From: the human T2T-CHM13v2.0 reference genome, Homo sapiens
Length of the DNA: 64,000 bases
Assembly (NCBI RefSeq): GCF_009914755.1
Contig: NC_060933.1
Direction: 5' to 3' (one strand)
The notes under the pieces are model-generated. The model did no database searches. It saw nothing but the letters and a program-made list of their open reading frames with translations, and had not been told where the DNA came from. The position numbers were made by a program, and so were the translations under genes. Positions 40,346 to 55,575 of the stretch are shown here, piece after piece (the first letter of the stretch is position 1; every line of letters starts with the position of its first letter).

Positions 40346-43300
40346 ATCAACCCGAGTACAGGGGAATGGAAAGGAATGGAAAGCAATGGAATGGAGTCAT
40401 CCGTAATGGAATGGAAAGGAATGGAATGGAATGGAATGGAATGGAATGGAATGGAATGGAATCAACTCGATGGCAATCGAATGGAATGGAATGGAATTAA
40501 CCCGAATAGAATGGAATGGAATGGAATGGAACGGAATGGAATGGAATGGAATGGAATGGAATGGAATGGAACGGAACGGAACGGAATGGAATGGAATGGA
40601 ATGGAATGGAATCAACGCGAGTGCAGGGGAATGGAATGGAATGGAATGGAATGGAATGGAATCTTCCGGAATGGAATGGAATGGAATGGAATGGAATGAA
40701 AGGCAATGGATTCAACTCGATTGCAATGGAATGGAATAGAATGGAATGGAATGGAATGGAATGGAATTGAATGGAATGGAATGCCTTCAAACCGAATGGA
40801 ATGGAAAGGAATGGAATCAACACGAGTGGAAAGGAATGGAATGGAAAGGAATGGAATGGAATGGAATGGTACGGAATAGAATGGAATGGAACGAACTGGA
40901 ATGGAATGTAATGGAATGGAATGGAATGGAATCGTTCCGAGTGGAATAGGAGGGAATGTATTCGAGTGGAATGGAAAAGAATGAAATCAACCAGAGTGGA
41001 ATGGAAGGGAATGCAATGGAATGGAAACTAATAGAATGGAATAAACCCGAGTGGAATGGAATGGAAAGGACTGGAATGGAATGGAATGGAATGGAATGGA
41101 ATGGAATCAACTCGAGTAATGGAATGGAATGGAATGGAATGGAATGGAATGGAATGGAATGGAATTAACCCGAATACAATGGAATGGAATGGAATGGAAC
41201 AGAATGGAGTGGAATGGAATGGAATCAACCCGAGTGCAGGGGAATGGAATGGAATGGAATGCAATGGAATGGAATCATCCGGAATGGAATGGAATGGAAT
41301 GGAATGAAAAGCAATGGAATCAACTCGATTGCAATGGAATGGAATGGAATGGAAAGGAATAGAATAGAATCAACCCGAGTGTAATGGAATGGAAAGCACT
41401 GGAATGGAGTGGAATGGAATGGAATGGAATGGAATGGAATCAACTCGATTGGAATGGAATGGAATGGAATGGAATGGAAGTATCCCGAATAGAATGGAAT
41501 GGAATGGAATGGAACGGAACGGAATGGAATGGAATGGAATGGAATGGAATCAACCCGACTGCAGGGGAATGGAATGGAATGGAATGGAATGGAATCATCC
41601 GGAATGGAATGGAATGGAATGAAATGGAATGGAATGGAATGGAATCAACCCGAGTGCAATGGAATGGAATCGAATGGAATGGAATGCAATGGAATGGATT
41701 CAACTTGAATGGAATGGAAAGAATGGAATCAACACGAGTGGAATGGCATGGATTGGAATGGAATGGAATGGAATCAACCCGAGTATAGGGGAATGGAATG
41801 GTATGGAATGCAATGGAATGGAATCATCTGGAATGGAATGGAAAGGAATGGAATGGAATGGAATGGAATGGAATTGAATCAACTCGATTGCAATCGAATG
41901 GAATGGAATGGAATTAACCCGAATAGAATGGAATGGAATGTAATGGAATGGAACGGAACGGAATGGAATGGAATGGAATGGAATGGAATGGAACGGAACG
42001 GAATGGAATGGAATGGAATGGAATGGAATGGAATCAACGCGAGTGCAGGGGAATGGAATGGAATGGAATGCAATGGAATGGAATCTTCCGGAATGGAATG
42101 GAATGGAATGGAATGGAATGGAATGAAATGCAATGGATTCAACTCGATTGCAATGGAATGGAATAGAATGCAATGGAATGGAATTGAATGGAATTAATTC
42201 GAATAGAATGGAATGGAATGGAATGGAACAGAATGGAACGGAATGGAATGGAATGGAATGGAATGGTATGGAATGGAATGGAATGGTACCGAATAGAATG
42301 GAATGGAAAGAATTGTAATGGAATGGAATTGAATGGAATGGAATGGAATGGAATCAACGCGAGTGCAGGGGAATGTAATGGAACGGAATGCAATGGAATG
42401 GAATCATCCGGAATGGAATGGAATGGAATGGAATGGAATGGAATGGAATGGAATCAACCCGAGTGCAATGGAATGGAGTGGAATGGAATGGAATGGAATG
42501 GAACAACCCGAATGGAATGGAATGGAATGGAGAGTAAGGGAGTTGAATAGAATCAATCCGAATGTAATGGAATGGAATGCAACGGAATGGAATGGAATGG
42601 AATGCAATGGATTTGAATCAACCCGAGTACAATGGAATGGAATGGAATGGAATGGAATGGAATGGAATGATACGGAATCGAACGGAATGGAACGAAATGG
42701 AATGGAATGGAATGGAATGGAATGGAATCGTTCTGAGTGGAATAGGAGGGAATGTATTCGAGTGGAATGGAAAGGAATGGAAAAAACCTGAGTGGAATGG
42801 AAGGGAATGGAATGGAATGGAAACTAATAGAATGGAATCAACCCGAGAGGAATGGAATGGAAAGGACTGGAATGGAATGGAATGGAATGGAATCAACTCG
42901 ACTGTAATGGAATGGAATGGAATGGAATGGAATGGAATGGAATGGAATTAACCCGAATACAATGCAATGGAATGGAATGGAACGGAATGGAGTGGAATCG
43001 AATGGAATCAACCCGAGTGCAGGGGAATGGAATGGAATGGAATGCAATGGAATGGAATCATCCGGAATGGAATGGAATGGAATGGAATGCAAAGCAATGG
43101 AATCAACTCGATTGCAATGGAATGGAATGGAATGGAAAGGAATACATTGGAATCAACCCGAGTGGAATGGAATGCAAAGGACTGGAATGGAGTGGAATGG
43201 AATGGAATGGAATGGAATGGAATCAACTCGATTGGAATGGAATGGAATGGAATGGAATGGAATGGAATGGAATGGAATGGAATTAATCCGAATAGAATGG

Positions 43301-43890
43301 AATGGAATGGAATGGAACGGAACGGAATGGAATGGAATGGAAAGGAATGGAATAGAATGGAATGGAAACAACCCGACTGCAGGGGAATGGAATGGAATGG
43401 AATGCAATGGAATGGATTCAACTTGAATGGAATGGAAAGAATGGAGTCAACACGAGTGGAATGGCATGGATTGGAATGGAATGGAATGGAATCAACCCGA
43501 GTAGAGGGGAATGGAATGGAATGGAATGCAATGGAATTTAATCATCCGTAATGGAATGGAAAGGAATGGAATGGAATGGAATGGAATGGAATGGAATGGA
43601 ATGGAATGGAATCAACTCGATTGCAATCGAATGGAATGGAATGGAATTAACCCGAATAGAATGGAATGGAATGGAATGGAACGGAACGGAACGGAATGGA
43701 GTGGATTGGAATGGAATGGAATGGAATGGAATGGAACGGAAAGGAATGGAATGGAATGGAATAGAATGGAATGGAATGGAATCAACGCGAGTGCAGGGGA
43801 ATGGAATGGAATGGAATGAAATGGAATGGAATCTTTCGGAATGGAATGGAATGGAATGGAATGGAATGGAATGGAATGGAATGGAATGGA

Positions 43891-46800
43891 ATAAACACGA
43901 GTGCAATGGAATGGAGTGGAATGGAATGGAATGGAATGGAACCACCCGAATGGAATGGAATGTAATGGAGAGTAAGGGAGTTGAATAGAATAAATCCGAA
44001 TGTAATGGAATGGAATGGAACGGAATGGAATTGAATGGAATGGAATGGAATGCAATGGAATGGAATCAACCCGAGTTCAATGGAATGGAGAGGAATGGAA
44101 TGGAATGGAATGGAAACCACCCGAATGGAATGGAATGGAATGGAGTGTAAGGGAATTGAATAGAATCAATCCGAATGTAATGGAATGGAATGGAACGGAA
44201 TGGAATGGAATGGAATGGAATGGAATGGAATGGAATGCAATGGAATGGAATCATCAGTAATGGAATGGAAAGGAATGGAAAGGACTGGAATGGAATGAAA
44301 TGGAATGGAATGGAATGGAATGGAATGGAATCAACTCGATTGCAATCGAATGGAATGGAATGGAATTAACCCGAATAGAATGGAATGGAATGGAATGGAA
44401 CGGAACGGAATGGAATGGAGTGGAATGGAATGGAACGGAAAGGAATGGAATGGAATGGAATGGAACGGAATGGAATGGAATGGAATCAACGCGAGTGCAG
44501 GGGAATGGAATGGAATCGAATGGAATGGAAAGGAATGGAATGGAATCAACCCGAGTGCAGGGGAACGTAATGGAACGGAATGCAATGGAATGGAATCATC
44601 CGGAAAGGAATGGAATGGAATGGAATGGAATCAACCCGAGTGCAATGGAATGGAGTGGAATGGAAAGGAATGGAATGGAACAAACCGAATGGAATGGAAT
44701 GTAATGGAGAGTAAGGGAGTTGAAAAGAATCAATCCGAATGTAATGGAATGGAATGGAACGGAATGGAATGGAATGGAATGGAATGGAATGGAATGCAAT
44801 GGAATGGAATCAACCCGAGTACAATGGAATGGAATGGAATGGAATGGAATGGAATGGAATGGAATGGAATGCAATGGAATGGAATCTTCCGGAATGGAAT
44901 GAAATGGAATGGAATGGAATGCAATGGATTCAAATCGATTGCAAAGGAATGGAATAGAATGGAATGGAATGGAATGGAATGGAATGGAATGGAATTAAAC
45001 CGAATAGAATGGAATGGAATGGAATGGAACGGAATGGAACGGAACGGAACGGAACGGAACGGAGTGGAATGGAATGGAATGGAATTGTATGCAATGAAAT
45101 GGAATGGTACGGAATAGAATGGAATGGAAAGAATTGGAATGGAATGGAATCGAATGGAATGGAATGGAATGGAATGGAATCAACCCGAGTGCAGGGGAAT
45201 GTAATGGAACGGAATGCAATTGAATGGAATCATCCGGAATGGAATGGAATGGAATGGAATGGAATGGAATCAATCCGAGTGCAATGGAATGGAGTGGAAT
45301 GGAATGGAATGGAATGGAACAACCCGAATGGAATGGAATGTAATGGAGAGTAAGGGAGTTGAATAGAATCAATCCGAATGAAATGGAATGGAATGCAACG
45401 GAATGGAATGGAATGGAATGGAATGGAATGCAATGGAAGGGAATCAACCCGAGTACAATGGAATGGAATGGACTGGAATGGAATGGAATGGAATGGAATG
45501 GAATGCCTTCAAACCGAATGGAATGGAAAGGAATGAAATCAACACGAGTGGAATGGAATGCAATGGAATGGAATGGAATGATACGGAATAGAATGGAATG
45601 GAACGAAATGGAATGGAATGGAATGGAATGGAATGGAATGGAATGGAATCGTTCCGAGTGGAATAGGAGGGAATGTATTCGAGTGGAATGGAAAGGAATG
45701 GAATCAAGCAGAGTGGAAAGGAAGGGAATGGAATGGAATGGAAACTAATAGAATGGAATCAACCCCAGTGGAATGGAATGGAAAGGACTGGAATGGAAAG
45801 GAATGGAATGGAATGGAATGGAATGGAATGGAATGGAATGGAATCAACGCGAGTGCAGGGGAATGGAATGGAATGGAATGGAATGGAATGGAATGGAATG
45901 GAATTTAATCAACCCGAGTGCAGGGGAATGTAATGGAACGGAATGCAATGGAATGGAATCATCCGGAATGGAATGCAATGGAATGGAATGGAATCAACCC
46001 GAGTGCAATGGAATGGAGTGGAATGGAATGGAATGGAATGGAACAATCCGAATGGAATGGAATGTAATGGAGAGTAAGGGAGTTGAAAAGAATCAATCCG
46101 AATGTAATGGAATGGAACGGAATGGAATGGAATGGAATGGAATGGAATGGAATGGAATGGAATACAATGGAATGGAATCAACCCGAGTACAATGGAATGG
46201 AATGGAATGGAATGGAATGGAATGGAATGGAATGGAATGATACGGAATAGAATGGAATGGAAAGAAATGGAATGGAATGGAATGGAATGGAATGGAATGG
46301 AATGGAATGGAATGGAATCGTTCCGAGTGGAATAGGAGGGAATGTATTCGAGTGGAATGGAAAGGAATGGAATCAACCAGAGTGGAATGGAAGGCAATGG
46401 AATGGAATGGAAACTAATAGAATGGAATCAACCCGAGTGGAATGGAATGGAAAGGACTGGAATGGAATGGAATGGAATGGAATCAACTCGATTGTAATGG
46501 AATGGAATGGAATGGAATGGAATGGAATGGAATGGAATCAACCCGAGTGCAATGGAATGGAGTGGAATGGAATGGAATGGAATGGAACAACCTGAATGGA
46601 ATGGAATGGAATGGAGAGTAAGGGAGTTGAATAGAATCAATCCGAATGTAATGGAATGGAATGGAACGGAATGGAATTGAATGGAATGGAATGGAATGCA
46701 ATGGAATGGAATCAACCCGAGTGCAATGGAATGGAGAGGAATGGAATGGAATGGAATGGAAACTACCCGAATGGAATGGAATGTAATGCAGTGTAAGGGA

Positions 46801-49730
46801 ATTGAATAGAATCAATCCGAATGTAATGGAATGGAATGGAATGGAATGGAATGGAATGGAATAGAATGGAATGGAATGGAATTGAATGGAATGGAATGCA
46901 ATGGAATGGAATCAACCCGAGTGCAATCGAATGGAATCAAATTGAATGGAATGCAATGGAATGGATTCAACTTGAATGGAATGGAAAGAATGGAATCAAC
47001 ACGAGTGGAATGGCATGGATTGGAATGGAATGGAATGGAATCAACCCGAGTACAGGGGAATGGAATGGAATGGAATGCAATGGAATGGAATCATCCGTAA
47101 TGGAATGGAAAGGAATGGAATGGAATGGAATGGAATGGAATGGAATGGAATGGAATCAACTCGATTGCAATCGAATGGAATGGAATGGAATTAACCCGAA
47201 TAGAATGGAATGGAATGGAATGGAACGGAACGGAATGGAATGGAATGGAATGGAACGGAACGGAATGGAATGGAATGGAATGGAATGGAATCAACGCGAG
47301 TGCAGGGGAATGGAATGGAATGGAATGCAATGGAATGGAAACTTCCGGAATGGAATGGAATGGAATGGAATGGAATGAAATGCAATGGATTCAACTCGAT
47401 TGCAATGGAGTGGAATAGAATGGAATGGAATGGAATGGAATGGAATGGAATTAATCCGAATGGAATGGAAAGGAATGGAATGGAACGGAATGGAACGGAA
47501 TGGAATGGAATGGAATGGAATGGAATGGCATGGAATGGAATGGAATGGTACGGAATAGAATAGAATGGAACGAATTGTAATGGAATGGAATTGAATGGAA
47601 TGGAATGGAATGGAATGGAATCAACGCGAGTGCAGGGGAATGTAATGGAACGGAATGCAATGGAAAGTAATCATCCGGAATGGAATGGAATGGAATGGAA
47701 AGGAATGGAATCAACCCGAGTGCAATGGAATGGAGTGGAATGGAATGGAATGGAATGGAACAACCCGAATGGAATGGAATGTAATGGAGAGTAAGGGAGT
47801 TGAATAGAATCAATCCGAATGTAATGGAATGGAATGCAACGGAATGGAATGGAATGGAATGGAATGGAATGGAATGGAATGCAATGGAATGGAATCAACC
47901 CGAGTACAATGGAATGGAATGGAATGGAATGGAATGGAATGGAATGATACGGAATGGAATGGAATGGAACGGAATGGAATGGAATGGAATGCAATGGAAT
48001 CGTTCCGAGTGGAATAGGAGGGAATGTATTCGAGTGGAATGGAAAGGAATGGAATCAACCAGAGTGGAATGGAAGGGAATGGAATGGAATGTAAACTAAT
48101 AGAATGGAATCAACCCGAGTGGAATGGAATGGAAAGGACTGGAATGGAATGGAATGGAATGGAATAAACTCGATTGTAATAGAATGGAATGGAATGGAAT
48201 GGAATGGAATGGAATGGAATGGAATTAACCCGAATACAATGGAATGGAATGGAATGGAACGGAATGGAGTGGAATTGAATGGAATCAACCCGAGTGCAGG
48301 GGAATGGAATGGAATGGAATGCAATGGAATGGAATCATCCGGAATGGAATGGAATGGAATGGAATGCAAAGCAATGGAATCAACTCGATTGCAATGGAAT
48401 GGAATGGAATGGAAAGGAATACATTGGAATCAACCCGAGTGGAATGGAATGGAAAGGACTGGAATGGAGTGGAATGGAATGGAATGGAATGGAATGGAAT
48501 GGAATCAACTTGATTGGAATGGAATGGAATAGAATGGAATAGAATGGAATGGAATGGAATGGAATTAACCCGAATAGAAAGGAATGGAATGGAATGGAAC
48601 GGAACGGAATGGAATGGAATGGAATGGAATGGAATGGAATCAACCCGACTGCAGGGGAATGGAATGGAATGGAATGCAATGGAATGGATTCAACTTGAAT
48701 GGAATGGAAAGAATGGAATCAACACGAGTGGAATGGCATGGATTGGAATGGAATGGAATGGAATCAACCCGAGTACAGGGGAATGGAATGGAATGGAATG
48801 CAATGGAATGGAATCATCAGTAATGGAATGGAATGGAATGGAATGGAATGGAATGGAATGGAATGGAATGGAATGGAATCGACTCGATTGCAATCGAATG
48901 GAATGGAATGGAATTAACCCGAATAGAATGGAATGGAATGGAATGGAACGGAACGGAACGGAATGGAATGGAATGGAATGGAATGGAATGGAATGGAACG
49001 GAAACGAAAGGAATGGAATGGAATGGAATGGAATGGAATGGAATCAACGCGAGTGCAGGGGAATGGAATGGAATGGAATGCAATGGAATGGAATCTTCCG
49101 GAATGGAATGGAATGGAATGGAATGGAATGGAATGGAATGGAATAAACCCGAGTGCAATGGAATGGAGTGGAATGGAATGGAATGGAATGGAACAACCCG
49201 AATGGAATGGAATGTAATGGGGATTAACGGAGTTGAATAGAATCAATCCGAATGTAATGGAATGGAGTGGAACGGAATGGAATTGAATGGAATGGAATGG
49301 AATGCAACGGAATGGAATCAACCCGAGTGCAATGGAATGGAGAGGAATGGAATGGAATGGAATGGAAACTACCCGAATGGAATGGAATGTAATGGAGTGT
49401 AATGGAATTGAATAGAATCAATCCGATTGTAATAGAATGGAAAGGAATGGAATGGAATGGAATGGAATGGAATGCAATGGAATGGAATCAACCCGAGTGC
49501 AATCGAATGGAATCGAATGGAATGGAATGCAATGGAATGGATTCAACTTGAATGGAATGGAAAGAATGGAATCAACACGAGTGGAAGGGCATGGATTGGA
49601 ATGCAATCGAATGGAATCAACCCGAGTACAGGGGAATGGAAAGGAATGGAATGCAATGGAATGGAATCATCCGTAATGGAATGGAAAGGAATGGAATGGA
49701 ATGGAATGGAATGGAATGGAATGGAATGGA
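43891..49730 (-). repeat. ~5.84-kb higher-order repeat, copy 1
   Basis: Starts ATAAACACGAGT..ACCACCCGAA. The ORF set recurs at +5835 to +5855 (44300/50140, 45359/51194, 48514/54369). Confidence 0.93.
44881..44895. promoter_or_regulatory. Consensus three-unit heat-shock element gGAAt-cTTCc-gGAAt (representative of at least 21 copies)
   Basis: Exact match to nGAAnnTTCnnGAAn. This is a motif match only; binding has not been shown here. Confidence 0.55.
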
Positions 49731-52700
49731 ATAAACCCGAGTGCAATGGAATGGAGTGGAATGGAATGGAATGGAATGGAACCACCCGAATGGAATGGAA
49801 TGTAATGGAGAGTAAGGGAGTTGAATAGAATAAATCCGAATGTAATGGAATGGAATGGAACGGAATGGAATTGAATGGAATGGAATGGAATGCAATGGAA
49901 TGGAATCAACCCGAGTTCAATGGAATGGAGAGGAATGGAATGGAATGGAATGGAAACCACCCGAATGGAATGGAATGGAATGGAGTGTAAGCGAATTGAA
50001 TAGAATCAATCCGAATGTAATGGAATGGAATGGAACGGAATGGAATGGAATGGAATGGAATGGAATGGAATGGAATGCAATGGAATGGAATCATCAGTAA
50101 TGGAATGGAAAGGAATGGAAAGGACTGGAATGGAATGAAATGGAATGGAATGGAATGGAATGGAATGGAATCAACTCGATTGCAATCGAATGGAATGGAA
50201 TGGAATTAACCCGAATAGAATGGAATGGAATGGAATGGAACGGAACGGAATGGAATGGAGTGGAATGGAATGGAACGGAAAGGAATGGAATGGAATGGAA
50301 TGGAACGGAATGGAATGGAATGGAATCAACGCGAGTGCAGGGGAATGGAATGGAATCGAATGGAATGGAAAGGAATGGAATGGAATCAACCCGAGTGCAG
50401 GGGAACGTAATGGAACGGAATGCAATGGAATGGAATCATCCGGAAAGGAATGGAATGGAATGGAATGGAATCAACCCGAGAGCAATGGAATGGAGTGGAA
50501 TGGAAAGGAATGGAATGGAACAAACCGAATGGAATGGAATGTAATGGAGAGTAAGGGAGTTGAAAAGAATCAATCCGAATGTAATGGAATGGAATGGAAC
50601 GGAATGGAATGGAATGGAATGGAATGGAATGGAATGGAATGCAATGGAATGGAATCAACCCGAGTACAATGGAATGGAATGGAATGGAATGGAATGGAAT
50701 GGAATGGAATGGAATGCAATGGAATGGAATCTTCCGGAATGGAATGAAATGGAATGGAATGGAATGCAATGGATTCAAATCGATTGCAAAGGAATGGAAT
50801 AGAATGGAATGGAATGGAATGGAATGGAATGGAATTAAACCGAATAGAATGGAATGGAATGGAATGGAACGGAATGGAACGGAACGGAACGGAACGGAGT
50901 GGAATGGAATGGAATGGAATTGTATGCAATGAAATGGAATGGTACGGAATAGAATGGAATGGAAAGAATTGGAATGGAATGGAATCGAATGGAATGGAAT
51001 GGAATGGAATGGAATCAACCCGAGTGCAGGGGAATGTAATGGAACGGAATGCAATGGAATGGAATCATCCGGAATGGAATGGAATGGAATGGAATGGAAT
51101 GGAATCAATCCGAGTGCAATGGAATGGAGTGGAATGGAATGGAATGGAATGGAACAACCCGAATGGAATGGAATGTAATGGAGAGTAAGGGAGTTGAATA
51201 GAATCAATCCGAATGAAATGGAATGGAATGCAACGGAATGGAATGGAATGGAATGGAATGGAATGCAATGGAAGGGAATCAACCCGAGTACAATGGAATG
51301 GAATGGACTGGAATGGAATGGAATGGAATGGAATGGAATGCCTTCAAACCGAATGGAATGGAAAGGAATGAAATCAACACGAGTGGAATGGAATGCAATG
51401 GAATGGAATGGAATGATACGGAATAGAATGGAATGGAACGAAATGGAATGGAATGGAATGGAATGGAATGGAATGGAATGGAATCGTTCCGAGTGGAATA
51501 GGAGGGAATGTATTCGAGTGGAATGGAAAGGAATGGAATCAAGCAGAGTGGAAAGGAAGGGAATGGAATGGAATGGAAACTAATAGAATGGAATCAACCC
51601 CAGTGGAATGGAATGGAAAGGACTGGAATGGAAAGGAATGGAATGGAATGGAATGGAATGGAATGGAATGGAATGGAATCAACGCGAGTGCAGGGGAATG
51701 GAATGGAATGGAATGGAATGGAATGGAATGGAATGGAATTTAATCAACCCGAGTGCAGGGGAATGTAATGGAACGGAATGCAATGGAATGGAATCATCCG
51801 GAATGGAATGCAATGGAATGGAATGGAATCAACCCGAGTGCAATGGAATGGAGTGGAATGGAATGGAATGGAATGGAACAATCCGAATGGAATGGAATGT
51901 AATGGAGAGTAAGGGAGTTGAAAAGAATCAATCCGAATGTAATGGAATGGAACGGAATGGAATGGAATGGAATGGAATGGAATGGAATGGAATGGAATAC
52001 AATGGAATGGAATCAACCCGAGTACAATGGAATGGAATGGAATGGAATGGAATGGAATGGAATGGAATGATACGGAATAGAATGGAATGGAAAGAAATGG
52101 AATGGAATGGAATGGAATGGAATGGAATGGAATGGAATGGAATGGAATGGAATCGTTCCGAGTGGAATAGGAGGGAATGTATTCGAGTGGAATGGAAAGG
52201 AATGGAATCAACCAGAGTGGAATGGAAGGCAATGGAATGGAATGGAAACTAATAGAATGGAATCAACCCGAGTGGAATGGAATGGAAAGGACTGGAATGG
52301 AATGGAATGGAATGGAATCAACTCGATTGTAATGGAATGGAATGGAATGGAATGGAATGGAATGGAATGGAATCAACCCGAGTGCAATGGAATGGAGTGG
52401 AATGGAATGGAATGGAATGGAACAACCTGAATGGAATGGAATGGAATGGAGAGTAAGGGAGTTGAATAGAATCAATCCGAATGTAATGGAATGGAATGGA
52501 ACGGAATGGAATTGAATGGAATGGAATGGAATGCAATGGAATGGAATCAACCCGAGTGCAATGGAATGGAGAGGAATGGAATGGAATGGAATGGAAACTA
52601 CCCGAATGGAATGGAATGTAATGCAGTGTAAGGGAATTGAATAGAATCAATCCGAATGTAATGGAATGGAATGGAATGGAATGGAATGGAATGGAATAGA

Positions 52701-55575
52701 ATGGAATGGAATGGAATTGAATGGAATGGAATGCAATGGAATGGAATCAACCCGAGTGCAATCGAATGGAATCAAATTGAATGGAATGCAATGGAATGGA
52801 TTCAACTTGAATGGAATGGAAAGAATGGAATCAACACGAGTGGAATGGCATGGATTGGAATGGAATGGAATGGAATCAACCCGAGTACAGGGGAATGGAA
52901 TGGAATGGAATGCAATGGAATGGAATCATCCGTAATGGAATGGAAAGGAATGGAATGGAATGGAATGGAATGGAATGGAATGGAATGGAATCAACTCGAT
53001 TGCAATCGAATGGAATGGAATGGAATTAACCCGAATAGAATGGAATGGAATGGAATGGAACGGAACGGAATGGAATGGAATGGAATGGAACGGAACGGAA
53101 TGGAATGGAATGGAATGGAATGGAATCAACGCGAGTGCAGGGGAATGGAATGGAATGGAATGCAATGGAATGGAAACTTCCGGAATGGAATGGAATGGAA
53201 TGGAATGGAATGAAATGCAATGGATTCAACTCGATTGCAATGGAGTGGAATAGAATGGAATGGAATGGAATGGAATGGAATGGAATTAATCCGAATGGAA
53301 TGGAAAGGAATGGAATGGAACGGAATGGAACGGAATGGAATGGAATGGAATGGAATGGAATGGCATGGAATGGAATGGAATGGTACGGAATAGAATAGAA
53401 TGGAACGAATTGTAATGGAATGGAATTGAATGGAATGGAATGGAATGGAATGGAATCAACGCGAGTGCAGGGGAATGTAATGGAACGGAATGCAATGGAA
53501 AGTAATCATCCGGAATGGAATGGAATGGAATGGAAAGGAATGGAATCAACCCGAGTGCAATGGAATGGAGTGGAATGGAATGGAATGGAATGGAACAACC
53601 CGAATGGAATGGAATGTAATGGAGAGTAAGGGAGTTGAATAGAATCAATCCGAATGTAATGGAATGGAATGCAACGGAATGGAATGGAATGGAATGGAAT
53701 GGAATGGAATGGAATGCAATGGAATGGAATCAACCCGAGTACAATGGAATGGAATGGAATGGAATGGAATGGAATGGAATGATACGGAATGGAATGGAAT
53801 GGAACGAAATGGAATGGAATGGAACGGAATGGAATGGAATGGAATGCAATGGAATCGTTCCGAGTGGAATAGGAGGGAATGTATTCGAGTGGAATGGAAA
53901 GGAATGGAATCAACCAGAGTGGAATGGAAGGGAATGGAATGGAATGTAAACTAATAGAATGGAATCAACCCGAGTGGAATGGAATGGAAAGGACTGGAAT
54001 GGAATGGAATGGAATGGAATAAACTCGATTGTAATAGAATGGAATGGAATGGAATGGAATGGAATGGAATGGAATGGAATTAACCCGAATACAATGGAAT
54101 GGAATGGAATGGAACGGAATGGAGTGGAATTGAATGGAATCAACCCGAGTGCAGGGGAATGGAATGGAATGGAATGCAATGGAATGGAATCATCCGGAAT
54201 GGAATGGAATGGAATGGAATGCAAAGCAATGGAATCAACTCGATTGCAATGGAATGGAATGGAATGGAAAGGAATACATTGGAATCAACCCGAGTGGAAT
54301 GGAATGGAAAGGACTGGAATGGAGTGGAATGGAATGGAATGGAATGGAATGGAATGGAATCAACTTGATTGGAATGGAATGGAATAGAATGGAATAGAAT
54401 GGAATGGAATGGAATGGAATTAACCCGAATAGAAAGGAATGGAATGGAATGGAACGGAACGGAATGGAATGGAATGGAATGGAATGGAATGGAATCAACC
54501 CGACTGCAGGGGAATGGAATGGAATGGAATGCAATGGAATGGATTCAACTTGAATGGAATGGAAAGAATGGAATCAACACGAGTGGAATGGCATGGATTG
54601 GAATGGAATGGAATGGAATCAACCCGAGTACAGGGGAATGGAATGGAATGGAATGCAATGGAATGGAATCATCAGTAATGGAATGGAATGGAATGGAATG
54701 GAATGGAATGGAATGGAATGGAATGGAATGGAATCGACTCGATTGCAATCGAATGGAATGGAATGGAATTAACCCGAATAGAATGGAATGGAATGGAATG
54801 GAACGGAACGGAACGGAATGGAATGGAATGGAATGGAATGGAATGGAACGGAAACGAAAGGAATGGAATGGAATGGAATGGAATGGAATGGAATCAACGC
54901 GAGTGCAGGGGAATGGAATGGAATGGAATGCAATGGAATGGAATCTTCCGGAATGGAATGGAATGGAATGGAATGGAATGGAATGGAATGGAATGGAATA
55001 AACCCGAGTGCAATGGAATGGAGTGGAATGGAATGGAATGGAATGGAACAACCCGAATGGAATGGAATGTAATGGGGATTAACGGAGTTGAATAGAATCA
55101 ATCCGAATGTAATGGAATGGAGTGGAACGGAATGGAATTGAATGGAATGGAATGGAATGCAATGGAATGGAATCAACCCGAGTGCAATGGAATGGAGAGG
55201 AATGGAATGGAATGGAATGGAAACTACCCGAATGGAATGGAATGTAATGGAGTGTAATGGAATTGAATAGAATCAATCCGAATGTAACAGAATGGAAAGG
55301 AATGGAATGGAATGGAATGGAATGGAATGCAATGGAATGGAATCAACCCGAGTGCAATCGAATGGAATCGAATGGAATGGAATGCAATGGAATGGATTCA
55401 ACTTGAATGGAATGGAAAGAATGGAATCAACACGAGTGGAAGGGCATGGATTGGAATGCAATCGAATGGAATCAACCCGAGTACAGGGGAATGGAAAGGA
55501 ATGGAATGCAATGGAATGGAATCATCCGTAATGGAATGGAAAGGAATGGAATGGAATGGAATGGAATGGAATGGA
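49731..55575 (-). repeat. ~5.84-kb higher-order repeat, copy 2
   Basis: Starts ATAAACCCGAGT at 49731 and is near-identical to both flanking copies. Confidence 0.93.
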
